Numbered from the stretch's first letter, positions 8,903 to 17,213 are shown. The stretch is DNA of 32,000 nucleotides from Ignicoccus pacificus DSM 13166 (GCA_025340205.1 CP006868.1:780001-812000), one strand, 5' to 3'. The notes: a model not told the origin generated them from the sequence alone. Translations and numbers: made by a program.

Positions 8903-10033
8903 TTGAAGGTTCTCAAAACTAAGAAATTGTATGTAGGCGACGGGAGCGTTAAGGAAAACGTGTACATAGGTTTTGAGGGTTCTGAAATAGTTCATGTAGG
9001 CGATGAAACAGGAGGCACCTACCTAGGAGAGTTTGAAGTGGTAACACCAGCGTTTATCGATCCACATTCCCACATAGGCATGGATAGGGCAGGAGAACCT
9101 TGGTACGAGGAAGAAGCCAATGAGACTATGGATTCTATTCTACCATACCTTAACGCTGAGGAGAGTGTTTACATGGACGATAAGGCCTTTGAGGAAAGCG
9201 TGGATTGGGGCGTACTATATTCAGTTGTACTACCCGGTTCAGGCAACATGATAGGCGGAAGAGCTGCCCTTTTGAGGAACTGGAAGAGGAATATTGACGA
9301 AGCTTTCGTAAAATATGTAGGTGTTAAAGCAGCTATGGGTTACAACCCTCGCTCGACTACCTCTTGGAGAGGTACTAGACCTTATACGAGAATGGGTGCT
9401 GTGGCTCTTTTCAGGCAAGCCTTATCTAAGGCGCAAGCAGATCTCGAGAAAATGAGAAAGGGTAAGGTCACTTGGGATGAACTAGATCCCATATCGAAAG
9501 CCCTCATACCGGTACTAGAAGGAAGATTGCCCTTTAGAATTCACGTACATAAAGAAGATGATATAGCAATTATAAAGAGGTTGGCCAAGAGCTTCGGATT
9601 CAAGTATACCATTGATCACGCCTGCGACGTCCATACTGAAGAGGGCTTCAGACTGATAAAGTCTCTTGGTGTACCACTAATATATGGCCCCATAGACTCC
9701 CATCCCTATAAAGTGGAATTAAAGCATGAGAGCTACAAGAACGTCAAGCTATTAATAGAAAACATGCCTGAGGTCACCGCAATAATGAGCGACCACCCTG
9801 TCGTGCTCCAAAGGAACTCGTACCTTCAACTGAGGTTCTTCATGAAGTATGGAATGAGTTTTGCTGAAGCAATAAAGCTAATTACCAGCAATGCCGCTAA
9901 GATAGCCAATATAAACGCGGGTGAGGTGAAAGTAGGAAAATTAGCATCACTAGTGGCGTGGGACGGTGAGCCTTATGTTCTTGGAAGCACGCCACAATTG
10001 GTAATAGGTGAAGGAGAGATCGTAAGATCTTAA
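8903..10033 (+). CDS. Metal-dependent amidohydrolase family protein
   Basis: 376-aa ORF with TTG start. PAFIDPHSHIGM is the HxH metal motif. Later IHVHKEDD and DHA..VH fit the amidohydrolase fold. The substrate is unknown. Confidence 0.8.
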   Translation: MKVLKTKKLYVGDGSVKENVYIGFEGSEIVHVGDETGGTYLGEFEVVTPAFIDPHSHIGMDRAGEPWYEEEANETMDSILPYLNAEESVYMDDKAFEESVDWGVLYSVVLPGSGNMIGGRAALLRNWKRNIDEAFVKYVGVKAAMGYNPRSTTSWRGTRPYTRMGAVALFRQALSKAQADLEKMRKGKVTWDELDPISKALIPVLEGRLPFRIHVHKEDDIAIIKRLAKSFGFKYTIDHACDVHTEEGFRLIKSLGVPLIYGPIDSHPYKVELKHESYKNVKLLIENMPEVTAIMSDHPVVLQRNSYLQLRFFMKYGMSFAEAIKLITSNAAKIANINAGEVKVGKLASLVAWDGEPYVLGSTPQLVIGEGEIVRS

Positions 10034-10049
10034 TGTTATTTTAAAAATC

Positions 10050-10100
10050 TCAGAGATGCGGGGTTGACCTCATCAAGTCGGTACCGGGGTTTCACATCAT
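10050..10100 (-). ncRNA. Candidate C/D box sRNA
   Basis: On the minus strand: C-like AUGAUGU (10100-10094), a 12-nt spacer, D'-like CCGA (10081-10078), C' UGAUGA (10075-10070), a 16-nt spacer, D CUGA (10053-10050). It lies in the gap between convergent genes. Weaknesses are the degenerate C and D' boxes, a 16-nt rather than about 12-nt second guide, and no clear terminal stem. Confidence 0.3.
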
Positions 10101-10153
10101 AGATGGCTCAAGCGAGAGCCCGCAGTCATCAAAATCCTACGATGTCGGAGTCT

Positions 10154-10468
10154 TCATCGCCTCCTTAGCTGTATCTCAATATAGACATTACCGGGTACCT
10201 TTATCCTCATTATGTTCTTCATTACTCTCTCGTTTAACTCTACATCGATTAACCTCTTGTGAATCCTCATTTCCCAATGCTCGTAAACCTTAGTTCCTTC
10301 TCCGTGAGGAAGCCTTAGGGTAGATATCTCGAGGCGCTTGGTGGGAAGCGGTACGGGTCCTCTAACCTTAACTCCTAGCTTAGTAGCTGTTTCCTTGATC
10401 TGCTTAGCCACGTTGTCTAGTGCCTTCACGTCAGTACTCCACAACCTTATTCTGGCCATGGTGACCAT
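10154..10468 (-). CDS. rps10: 30S ribosomal protein S10 (uS10)
   Basis: [14 protein letters not shown]...[24 protein letters not shown]...[13 protein letters not shown] is the uS10 signature. An alternative ATG lies at 10459. Confidence 0.95.
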   Translation of the reverse strand: MVTMARIRLWSTDVKALDNVAKQIKETATKLGVKVRGPVPLPTKRLEISTLRLPHGEGTKVYEHWEMRIHKRLIDVELNERVMKNIMRIKVPGNVYIEIQLRRR

Positions 10469-10510
10469 ACTCGATCCCCCGCAACTCGATCCACTGGAGG
10501 CTATTAAGGC

Positions 10511-11152
10511 TCACAATCTCTTCAACTCCTCTATGTTTATTCCATCTTTAGTTATTGAGTAATACGCCGCAAATGGATTTCTGGGAGTCCTCGATTTACT
10601 TAACTTTATTATTCTCTCAACTCTGAGTCCCGCCCAGTATGTCTCGAACCTTATCACGAGCTCCGCTAACGCTTCCAAGGTTGCTATTGACGCTGGTATT
10701 CCCCTGTCCTTAATTACAGCCATCACTAGTATGACGTTACTTGCTGACAGCATGTTTAATGTACGATAGATTAACTCTACCTCTGCATCAAGCCAAGCAG
10801 TTGAGTCCACTAGAATCAGAGGATACGCTGTTATCATCTCAGCTATCTTAGCGAAGGCGTCGGCGCTGTTATCGACCTCTTCATACTTCCACAAGTTTCC
10901 TTCTTCAAGGGATCTTACGGCGATACCCATACTTTCAGCTATCTGTCTATGATATTCTGCGTTCCCTTTGTCTATAACAAAAGCTATCCTTTCTCCTCTT
11001 TCACTCCATGACTTAGCGATAATGTATAGGAATAAGTGCACGTGGGAGTCGGGATCACCGACGAGTAGCTCGAGGCTGCCCAGAGTGACGTTTCCCACTC
11101 TAACGTCAAAGACGGGTATGCCCAACCTTATCGATCTAATGGCAGCTGCCAT
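10511..11152 (-). CDS. KaiC/RadA-like (RecA-superfamily) protein with degenerate Walker A
   Basis: From ATG 11152, MAAAIRSIRLGIPVFDVRVGNVTLGSLELLVGDPDSHVHLF aligns to the usual ..TGIxGLDxxLGGGxxxGSxxLvxGxPGxGKT.. start of KaiC-like ATPases. GDPDSHVH replaces GxxGxGK[ST]. The hydrophobic strand LILVDS (Walker B-like) is retained. The 40 codons upstream in the track ORF look non-coding. Confidence 0.6.
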   Translation of the reverse strand: MAAAIRSIRLGIPVFDVRVGNVTLGSLELLVGDPDSHVHLFLYIIAKSWSERGERIAFVIDKGNAEYHRQIAESMGIAVRSLEEGNLWKYEEVDNSADAFAKIAEMITAYPLILVDSTAWLDAEVELIYRTLNMLSASNVILVMAVIKDRGIPASIATLEALAELVIRFETYWAGLRVERIIKLSKSRTPRNPFAAYYSITKDGINIEELKRL

Positions 11153-11223
11153 CTTAACGGCTCCCAATAGGTAACCTCGTTTCAAAAATAAGGATTTCAA
11201 GTGGTCAGTAAGGGACGACGACT

Positions 11224-11583
11224 TTGGTAGACACGACCACGTTGTTACTTTATGGGGGACTAATACTGACAATATTGCTGACCACCGTTACTGCATATTA
11301 CCTAATGTATACCGCAATGATCAACGCATATAAGGACTTGATAGTAACCGTTGCTAAGGAGTACGAGCGTACCTCTACTCTCTATGCACAATTGTATTTA
11401 CAATACTTGGCCCTCCTGAAGGAATACCTCAACTTGACTGCTCAATACAGCGCTCTTCCACCGAACTTACCTTCACCACCACCCCTAGACATACCGAAGC
11501 TCCCGTTCTCGATTTCAGTGAGCATGCCTAACCAAATAGCAATACCGATACCGAACGCCTGGCCTCCTCTGCCCACTACTTGA
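11224..11583 (+). CDS. Hypothetical N-terminally membrane-anchored protein with helical middle and proline-rich tail
   Basis: 119-aa ORF with TTG start. TM helix is LLLYGGLILTILLTTVTAYYLMY. A heptad-like segment follows, then PPNLPSPPPLDIPKLP...AWPPLP. It ends 33 nt before polB. No homology recognised. Confidence 0.4.
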   Translation: MVDTTTLLLYGGLILTILLTTVTAYYLMYTAMINAYKDLIVTVAKEYERTSTLYAQLYLQYLALLKEYLNLTAQYSALPPNLPSPPPLDIPKLPFSISVSMPNQIAIPIPNAWPPLPTT

Positions 11584-11616
11584 AAGCCTCTTTTTTGATA
11601 CTAACAGGGGCATAGT

Positions 11617-13995
11617 ATGAAGTTCTACATTTTTGATGTAAGTTACGAGGTGGAAATGCATAAACCCGTTATCCTAATGTGGTCAATTGATGAGAAAGGG
11701 AGGAGAGTCCTACTTAAGGATCCTCGTTTTCGACCTTATTTCTACGTGATTCCGATGAACGAAGCTGATATTGATGATCTAAAGAGGAAGATATTAACAT
11801 TGAGTAAACCCAAGTCACCGATAATATCGATAGATATACAGAAAAAGAAGTTTATAGGTAAGGAGATAACTGTTCTAAGGGTCACTACAGTACTCCCCGA
11901 GTCAGTGAGAAGTTATAGAGAAGAGGTAAAGAAGTTAAAGGAGGTAAAGGACGTTTTAGAGGCTGATATAAGATTTGCTATGAGATATATTATTGACAAA
12001 GATATAAAGCTAAATTCATGGCATGAAGTTGAGGTACGTAGCAAGGGAAGAGATCCTAAATATAGAGTTGAAGAGGTCTTCGAAGTCCTTAGTGATCCTA
12101 AAGCTGTAGAAGGTAAGGATGAAAAGCCAAAATTAAGACAGTTGGCTTTCGACATAGAGGTTTATAATAAGGACGGAGCCCCTAAGGCAGAGCGCGATCC
12201 TATAATCTCCATTGCCTTGGTCTCAGAAGACTTCAAAGAAGTTAAGATAGCAGACAACAAAAATGATCGAGAACTACTACTCTATTTCAGGAAGAGAGTT
12301 CTTGATTATGATCCGGACTTAGTGTATGGGTACAATTGCAACAAGTTTGATTGGCCATTCATAATAGAGAGAGCCAAGTTAAACGGGGTATCCATAGACG
12401 TCGGAAGGAAGGTTGGTGTTCCTCCCAGCACCGGGGCTTACGGTCATGTATCTTTGCCCGGTCGACTAAACGTAGATGTATATGATTTTGCGAAGGATGT
12501 TTATGAGGTGAAGGTTAAGACTTTAGAGAACGTGGCCGATTATTTAGGTGTTGTAAAGAAGGATGAGAGAGTAATCATTCCAGGTCACGAAATTTACAAG
12601 TACTGGGAAGATCCTTCTAAGAGAGAAATATTGAAGAAATACAACTTAGACGACGCACTCTCAACATTCTTATTAGCACAACTATTTGTACCCTTCGGCG
12701 AACAGCTCTCGTATCTCACTGGCTTACCCTTGGATCAAGTAGGAGCGGCCTCAGTAGGTTTTAAGGTAGAATGGTATCTAATACGAGTAGCTTACAAAGT
12801 GGATGAGCTTGTACCCAATCGTGTGGAAAGAAGAGCTCAGAGCTACAAGGGTGCAATAGTTCTCAGGCCTAGGCGCGGCGTTCATGAAAACGTAGCTGTG
12901 TTGGACTTCTCATCAATGTATCCTAACATAATGATAAAGTATAACGTAGGTCCAGATACCTTAGTGAGGCCTGGGGAAAAATATGATCCTGATGAAGTAT
13001 ATGTTTCACCTATAGGTCATATGTTCAAGAAGAAACCGGACGCCTTCTTCAAAATATCCTTAACACAGTTGTTGAAAATGAGGAAGGAAATTAAGGAGAA
13101 GTTAAAGTCCTTAGACCCGGAAAGTCCCCAATACAAGCTCTTGGATGAAAGACAAAAGGCTGTGAAGGTTCTAGCAAACGCTCACTACGGTTACATGGGA
13201 TGGAGTCATGCTAGATGGTATTGTAAAGAATGTGCTGAAGCCGTCACCGCTTGGGGTAGGGAACTTATACTAAAGTCAATAGAACTTGCAAGGAGTTTAG
13301 GCCTCGAGGTAATCTATGGCGACACGGATAGCTTGTTCGTGAGATACGACAAGGAGAAGGTCGAGAAGCTGATCAAGTTAATACAGGAAAAGTTAGGTTT
13401 TGAAGTAAAGATCGACAAAATATACAAGAAACTCTTCTTCACAGAGGCGAAGAAGAGATACGCCGGCATTTTGGAGGATGGTAGAATAGACATAGTCGGC
13501 TTTGAAGCAGTAAGGGGTGATTGGGCAGAGGTCGCTAAAGAAGTTCAAGAAAAGGTAATTGAATTGATATTAAAAGAAGGTAATACCGACGAGGCTATAA
13601 AATACGTTAAAGATGTAATTGAAAAGCTAAGGAAGGGAGAGATAGATATCGAGAAATTGGTGATCTGGAAGACGTTGGAAAAAGACTTCTCTGAATACAA
13701 AACGGAACCACCTCACGTCGTGGCAGCGAAAAGGGCTCGATTGAAAGGGTATGAATTTAAGAAAGGCGATAAAGTCGGTTATGTAATAGTAAGAGGGAGT
13801 GGAAAGCTTGCCCAAAGAGCTTGGCCCTGGTTTATGGTCGATAAATCGAAGATTGACGTGAACTATTACATAGATCATCAAGTAATTCCCGCTGCAATGA
13901 GAATTCTCGGCTACTTTGGAATAACGGAGACATCGTTGAAAGGCATGGAGGGAGGATTGTGGACTTTCCTTAGGAAGAAATCAAGAGGAAGGTAA
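11617..13995 (+). CDS. polB: Family B DNA polymerase (PolB3 / euryarchaeal-Pfu-like type)
   Basis: Exo I LAFDIEVY, motif A LDFSSMYPNIM, motif B KVLANAHYGYMG, motif C VIYGDTDSLFV, and ARWYCKECAEAVTAWGR as in Pfu Pol. No intein-sized insertions are visible. Confidence 0.95.
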   Translation: MKFYIFDVSYEVEMHKPVILMWSIDEKGRRVLLKDPRFRPYFYVIPMNEADIDDLKRKILTLSKPKSPIISIDIQKKKFIGKEITVLRVTTVLPESVRSYREEVKKLKEVKDVLEADIRFAMRYIIDKDIKLNSWHEVEVRSKGRDPKYRVEEVFEVLSDPKAVEGKDEKPKLRQLAFDIEVYNKDGAPKAERDPIISIALVSEDFKEVKIADNKNDRELLLYFRKRVLDYDPDLVYGYNCNKFDWPFIIERAKLNGVSIDVGRKVGVPPSTGAYGHVSLPGRLNVDVYDFAKDVYEVKVKTLENVADYLGVVKKDERVIIPGHEIYKYWEDPSKREILKKYNLDDALSTFLLAQLFVPFGEQLSYLTGLPLDQVGAASVGFKVEWYLIRVAYKVDELVPNRVERRAQSYKGAIVLRPRRGVHENVAVLDFSSMYPNIMIKYNVGPDTLVRPGEKYDPDEVYVSPIGHMFKKKPDAFFKISLTQLLKMRKEIKEKLKSLDPESPQYKLLDERQKAVKVLANAHYGYMGWSHARWYCKECAEAVTAWGRELILKSIELARSLGLEVIYGDTDSLFVRYDKEKVEKLIKLIQEKLGFEVKIDKIYKKLFFTEAKKRYAGILEDGRIDIVGFEAVRGDWAEVAKEVQEKVIELILKEGNTDEAIKYVKDVIEKLRKGEIDIEKLVIWKTLEKDFSEYKTEPPHVVAAKRARLKGYEFKKGDKVGYVIVRGSGKLAQRAWPWFMVDKSKIDVNYYIDHQVIPAAMRILGYFGITETSLKGMEGGLWTFLRKKSRGR

Positions 13996-15378
13996 GAGTA
14001 TAAAGACACCCTTCGGCCTTCTGGTGATTCTGGTCATCCTCTTTGCAATCACCAATCTGGGTTCGTTATCATCTTGGCTCAAAGCGTCCAAAAGCCTTTG
14101 AGTTATCACACCATCCATTACCACCGCAGCAACTCCTTTAGTAGTCAATATCTCATCTACAACATTTCTTGTAGGAACCCTCTTTATGAGCCTCCAGTTC
14201 TTATCGTACAACACTGCTTCCAAGGTACCTGTTAGTTCCTTTAACATGTTTAGCGCTTCATCCGGGACGAACATCTTGTATTCCCTCACCTCCTCCTTTG
14301 GTTTCGTGATCTCAGTCTTGGTTACGACCTTTTCACTAACCTTTTCTGGAGCCTTCTGTGCCTCCTCCTTCATCTCTTGCTTTTCTGCTTTCTGTTCCAC
14401 CTTTGGTGCCTTGACTACCTTAGTTGTCTCCTTCTGTTCTGCCTTCTTCTCAACCTTCTCCTTCTTAGCTTCTTTTACTACTTCCTTCTCTTTCTTTTCG
14501 ACTTTTTCGAGGATCTCCTTGAGTTCTTTAACCTCTGCTTGTTGTTGTTGCTCCATCTTCAAGAGTTCCTCTTTGACCTTGCTCGCCCTCACCAAGTTGC
14601 TAAGTGCCTTAGCTATCTCTCTTCCGGTTAGGTCCTCTACCTCTTTTCCTGGAGGAGCACGAGCAACGTAATCGATATCAGCTTGATGAAGTAGCTCCTT
14701 CAATATCATGGTACCTCCTCTGTCACCATCCACGAATGCTATGGCAACTTTCTCTCTAGCTAGCTTCTTTATGGTCTCTGGTATCTTTGTAGTAGCTCCC
14801 CCTAGGGCTATCGCGTTAGTGTAACCGTACCTCAGCAAATTGATAACGTCAGCTCTTCCTTCGACGATGATCACGGTGTCTGACTTCTCTACGTCCGGTC
14901 CAGCAGGTAATCTCTCAGGACCGTACTCGATCAAGCTGGCGGTTTTTGCTTGCTCGCTTATCTCTCTAAGTATCTCCCTCACATCGGGTGTCTTTTCTCT
15001 ACCCCACTTCCTCAATATTTCCTTAGCTCTTTCAATTATCTCCTTTATCTTCTGACTCCTCACATCAATTATGTCTATAACTCTTATCTTGGCTGGATAG
15101 GGGCCTACCTTCTCAACGCTTTCTATCAATGCTGCTAGAAGGGCAGTCTCTACCCTATCGAGATTAGAAGGAACGAGTATCTCTCCTACTACCTTATTAT
15201 GATGCTTCTGCGTGATTTTGACGATAATCCTACCTATTCTATTTTTGTCTTGGAGCTCCCTTAAGTCGAATTGATCTCCAAGAAGACCCTCAGTCTGACC
15301 GAAGATGGCACCTATGATGTCGTGTTCGGTAACAGGTCCATCAACCTCGACGCTAGCTTTGATAATGTACTTAACCAT
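13981..15378 (-). CDS. dnaG: Archaeal DnaG primase-like protein (TOPRIM), with a long K/E-rich insertion
   Basis: N-terminus MVKYIIKASVEVDGPVTEHDIIGAIFGQTEGLLG is typical of archaeal DnaG. TOPRIM motifs are IIVEGRADVINL and FVDGDRGG. Residues about 266-366 are low-complexity Lys/Glu. The 3' end overlaps polB by 15 nt. Confidence 0.9.
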   Translation of the reverse strand: MVKYIIKASVEVDGPVTEHDIIGAIFGQTEGLLGDQFDLRELQDKNRIGRIIVKITQKHHNKVVGEILVPSNLDRVETALLAALIESVEKVGPYPAKIRVIDIIDVRSQKIKEIIERAKEILRKWGREKTPDVREILREISEQAKTASLIEYGPERLPAGPDVEKSDTVIIVEGRADVINLLRYGYTNAIALGGATTKIPETIKKLAREKVAIAFVDGDRGGTMILKELLHQADIDYVARAPPGKEVEDLTGREIAKALSNLVRASKVKEELLKMEQQQQAEVKELKEILEKVEKKEKEVVKEAKKEKVEKKAEQKETTKVVKAPKVEQKAEKQEMKEEAQKAPEKVSEKVVTKTEITKPKEEVREYKMFVPDEALNMLKELTGTLEAVLYDKNWRLIKRVPTRNVVDEILTTKGVAAVVMDGVITQRLLDALSQDDNEPRLVIAKRMTRITRRPKGVFILLPSS

Positions 15379-15437
15379 AGTCCCTACCTCTGTCTCCAGT
15401 CCTTAAACTTCCGTCGTGTGGTAGCATAAGCACTCTA

Positions 15438-15449
15438 TATTAGCTAATA
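15438..15449. promoter_or_regulatory. Perfect 12-bp AT-rich palindrome TATTAGCTAATA. It may be the dnaG TATA or an operator.
   Basis: Read directly. It lies about 60-70 nt upstream of the dnaG start (15378) on the minus strand. A GAGGT Shine-Dalgarno-like tract lies closer to the ATG. Confidence 0.25.
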
Positions 15450-15560
15450 GGGTGAAGAGTACGATAGAACCTAAGATTCCAGCCTCCTAGCTCTATCTCA
15501 GTCCTAACACAGCAGTTCTGGGCACATGGTAATATTGTTGTATTGCTGGTAAGTGAAGGA

Positions 15561-15629
15561 TTAAGAATCCTCGAAAATATGCTTCGGTAATCAAAGGTTA
15601 CCATAAGCTATATCGCTGAGGATTCTTAA
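15561..15629. repeat. 12-bp perfect inverted repeat (TTAAGAATCCTC / GAGGATTCTTAA) enclosing a 5-bp hairpin (GGTAA-N7-TTACC)
   Basis: Arms at 15561-15572 and 15618-15629. The inner hairpin is at about 15586-15602. GGA flanks both ends. It lies inside a 350-nt stretch without any credible ORF. Confidence 0.6.
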
Positions 15630-15668
15630 GGACTCATGTAATGTTGATTTAAAGGTCTCAAGTAATGA

Positions 15669-15676
15669 TTTATAAA
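15669..15676 (+). promoter_or_regulatory. TATA box (TTTATAAA) for the Cren7-like gene
   Basis: Consensus-like archaeal TATA about 53 nt upstream of ATG 15729. It would give a short leader containing AGGTGA. Confidence 0.4.
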
Positions 15677-15728
15677 CAAGGATTCCGATAAGATGTATTG
15701 GGAATAAGCAGAGGAGAGGTGAGAGGCA

Positions 15729-15899
15729 ATGCCCAAGTGTCCCAAGTGCGGTGCGGAGGTAGATCAGCCCATTAAGACTTGGCTCCTCGCCCCCAAGGGA
15801 AGGAAGGGAGTCATCATAGGCCTGTTCAGGTGCCCCAACGGGCACTATTTCAGAGCCAAGGTAGGCGAGGCACCTCCTAAGCAAGAGGAGACCGCTTAA
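15729..15899 (+). CDS. creN7: Cren7-family chromatin protein (56 aa) with CxxC...CxxxH motif
   Basis: The ORF is below the track cutoff. Translation: [56 protein letters not shown]. The core W[15 protein letters not shown]....YFR-x-K matches Sulfolobus Cren7 ([30 protein letters not shown], from memory). AGGTGA Shine-Dalgarno lies 6 nt upstream. Confidence 0.8.
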   Translation: MPKCPKCGAEVDQPIKTWLLAPKGRKGVIIGLFRCPNGHYFRAKVGEAPPKQEETA

Positions 15900-15968
15900 G
15901 GGGCGAGGAGTCCCACATGACCACTCTTTTTTACACCATCTTTCCTCCTATCCTCGGGTAAGGCCATC

Positions 15969-17213
15969 ATGGGGTACAAAGTCAAGAACATCGAGCTCGC
16001 AGCACAAGGCAACTTGAAGATAGAGTGGGCAATGTCCCACATGCCCGTCGTAGTCTCGTTAATGAAGAGCTGTGCTGATGAAAAACCGTTCGCTGGTATA
16101 ACAATCTCCGCCGTTCTCCACGTGACCAAGGAAACTGCCGTGCTAGTCAAAGCCTTGAAGGAGTGCGGAGCTAGAGTATTGTTAGCTGGAAGCAATCCCT
16201 TGAGCACACAAGACGATGTAGCAGCAGCGCTAGCCCAGAGCGGTATAGAGGTTTACGCGTGGAAGGGTGAGACCGAGGAGGAGTACTGGTGGGCTATAAG
16301 AAAGATCATCGAGGAAGGTAAACCCGATATAGTAATTGATGATGGAGGGGACCTTCATGCCACAATACACAAGGAATATCCAGAGATAGCCGAGAAGGTC
16401 ATTGGCGGTACCGAGGAAACCACTACCGGCGTCATCAGACTTAGAGCTATGGAAAAGGACGGCGTATTGAAATATCCTGTTATAGCAGTCAACGATGCTC
16501 TAACTAAGTTTATGTTTGATAATAGATATGGAACGGGTCAGAGTACTATAGACGGAATACTGAGAGCCACTAACGTACTCATTGCTGGCAAGAAGGTGGT
16601 CGTCGCCGGATATGGATGGTGTGGAAGAGGCATTGCTATGAGAATGAGGGGCATGGGTGCCAGAGTTATCGTAACAGAGGTCAATCCGCTGAGAGCGTTA
16701 GAGGCGCTCCATGATGGGTTCGACGTCATGAGCATGGACGATGCAGCCAAGGTTGGCGACATATTCGTAACTGCTACCGGGAACCTCCACGTAATAAGGA
16801 AGGAGCACCTCCTCAAGATGAAGGACGGTGCCATATTAGCCAACGCTGGACACTTCAACGTCGAAATAGACGTTAAAGCGCTGGAGGAGTTGGCAGTTTC
16901 CAAGAGGAGGATTAGACCCTATGTCGATGAGTACAAACTGCCCGACGGTAGGAGACTATACTTACTCGCTGAGGGCAGGTTAGTTAACCTGGTAGCTGCT
17001 GAAGGTCATCCCAGTGAGGTCATGGACATGAGCTTCGCTAATCAGTTCCTCTCTGTAAAATATCTATTAGAGAACAAGGGTAAGCTAGAGCCCAAGGTAT
17101 ACAAGGTTCCCGCCGAGCTTGACGAAGAGGTAGCTCGCAGAAAGCTCGAGGCTATGGGCGTCAAGATAGACCAGCTCACAGAAGAACAGAAGCGCTATCT
17201 CCAGTCTTGGTGA
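15969..17213 (+). CDS. ahcY: S-adenosyl-L-homocysteine hydrolase
   Basis: 414 aa. [44 protein letters not shown], the NAD-binding [10 protein letters not shown] and AEGRLVNL are classic AhcY blocks. Confidence 0.95.
   Translation: MGYKVKNIELAAQGNLKIEWAMSHMPVVVSLMKSCADEKPFAGITISAVLHVTKETAVLVKALKECGARVLLAGSNPLSTQDDVAAALAQSGIEVYAWKGETEEEYWWAIRKIIEEGKPDIVIDDGGDLHATIHKEYPEIAEKVIGGTEETTTGVIRLRAMEKDGVLKYPVIAVNDALTKFMFDNRYGTGQSTIDGILRATNVLIAGKKVVVAGYGWCGRGIAMRMRGMGARVIVTEVNPLRALEALHDGFDVMSMDDAAKVGDIFVTATGNLHVIRKEHLLKMKDGAILANAGHFNVEIDVKALEELAVSKRRIRPYVDEYKLPDGRRLYLLAEGRLVNLVAAEGHPSEVMDMSFANQFLSVKYLLENKGKLEPKVYKVPAELDEEVARRKLEAMGVKIDQLTEEQKRYLQSW

Noticed and set aside
10049-10124. The GCGGGG...CCCGC terminal pairing over about 72 nt suggested a tRNA.
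   Set aside because: No D arm with GG, no T arm with a TTCRANY loop and no anticodon stem can be folded on either strand.
10511-11272. The full 253-aa version of the KaiC-like ORF.
   Set aside because: The first 40 codons have no counterpart in KaiC-like proteins and overlap the divergent small ORF and promoter region. ATG 11152 gives the canonical N-terminus.
14186-14671. The 161-aa and 84-aa plus-strand ORFs, and the repetitive-looking DNA (ctcctt/cttctt units), could be taken for a repeat array or a separate gene.
   Set aside because: They are the reverse complement of the Lys/Glu-rich insertion inside dnaG. The periodicity is codon-level (AAG/GAG/GAA), not spacer-repeat architecture, so this is not a CRISPR or a tandem-repeat locus.
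15561-15629. Reading the nested inverted repeat as an archaeal H/ACA guide RNA. This was tempting because gar1 is in the window.
   Set aside because: No ACA/ANA box follows the lower stem on either strand. The apical loop (UCAAAGG / CCUUUGA) does not form a recognisable K-turn or K-loop. The 13- and 15-nt internal strands are long for a pseudouridylation pocket.
15591-15884. A 97-aa minus-strand ORF covers the dnaG-ahcY gap.
   Set aside because: It is antisense to the 56-codon Cren7-type gene, which has a Shine-Dalgarno, a TATA and a strong family signature. The 97-aa product has no motif, and its 3' part runs through the inverted-repeat region.
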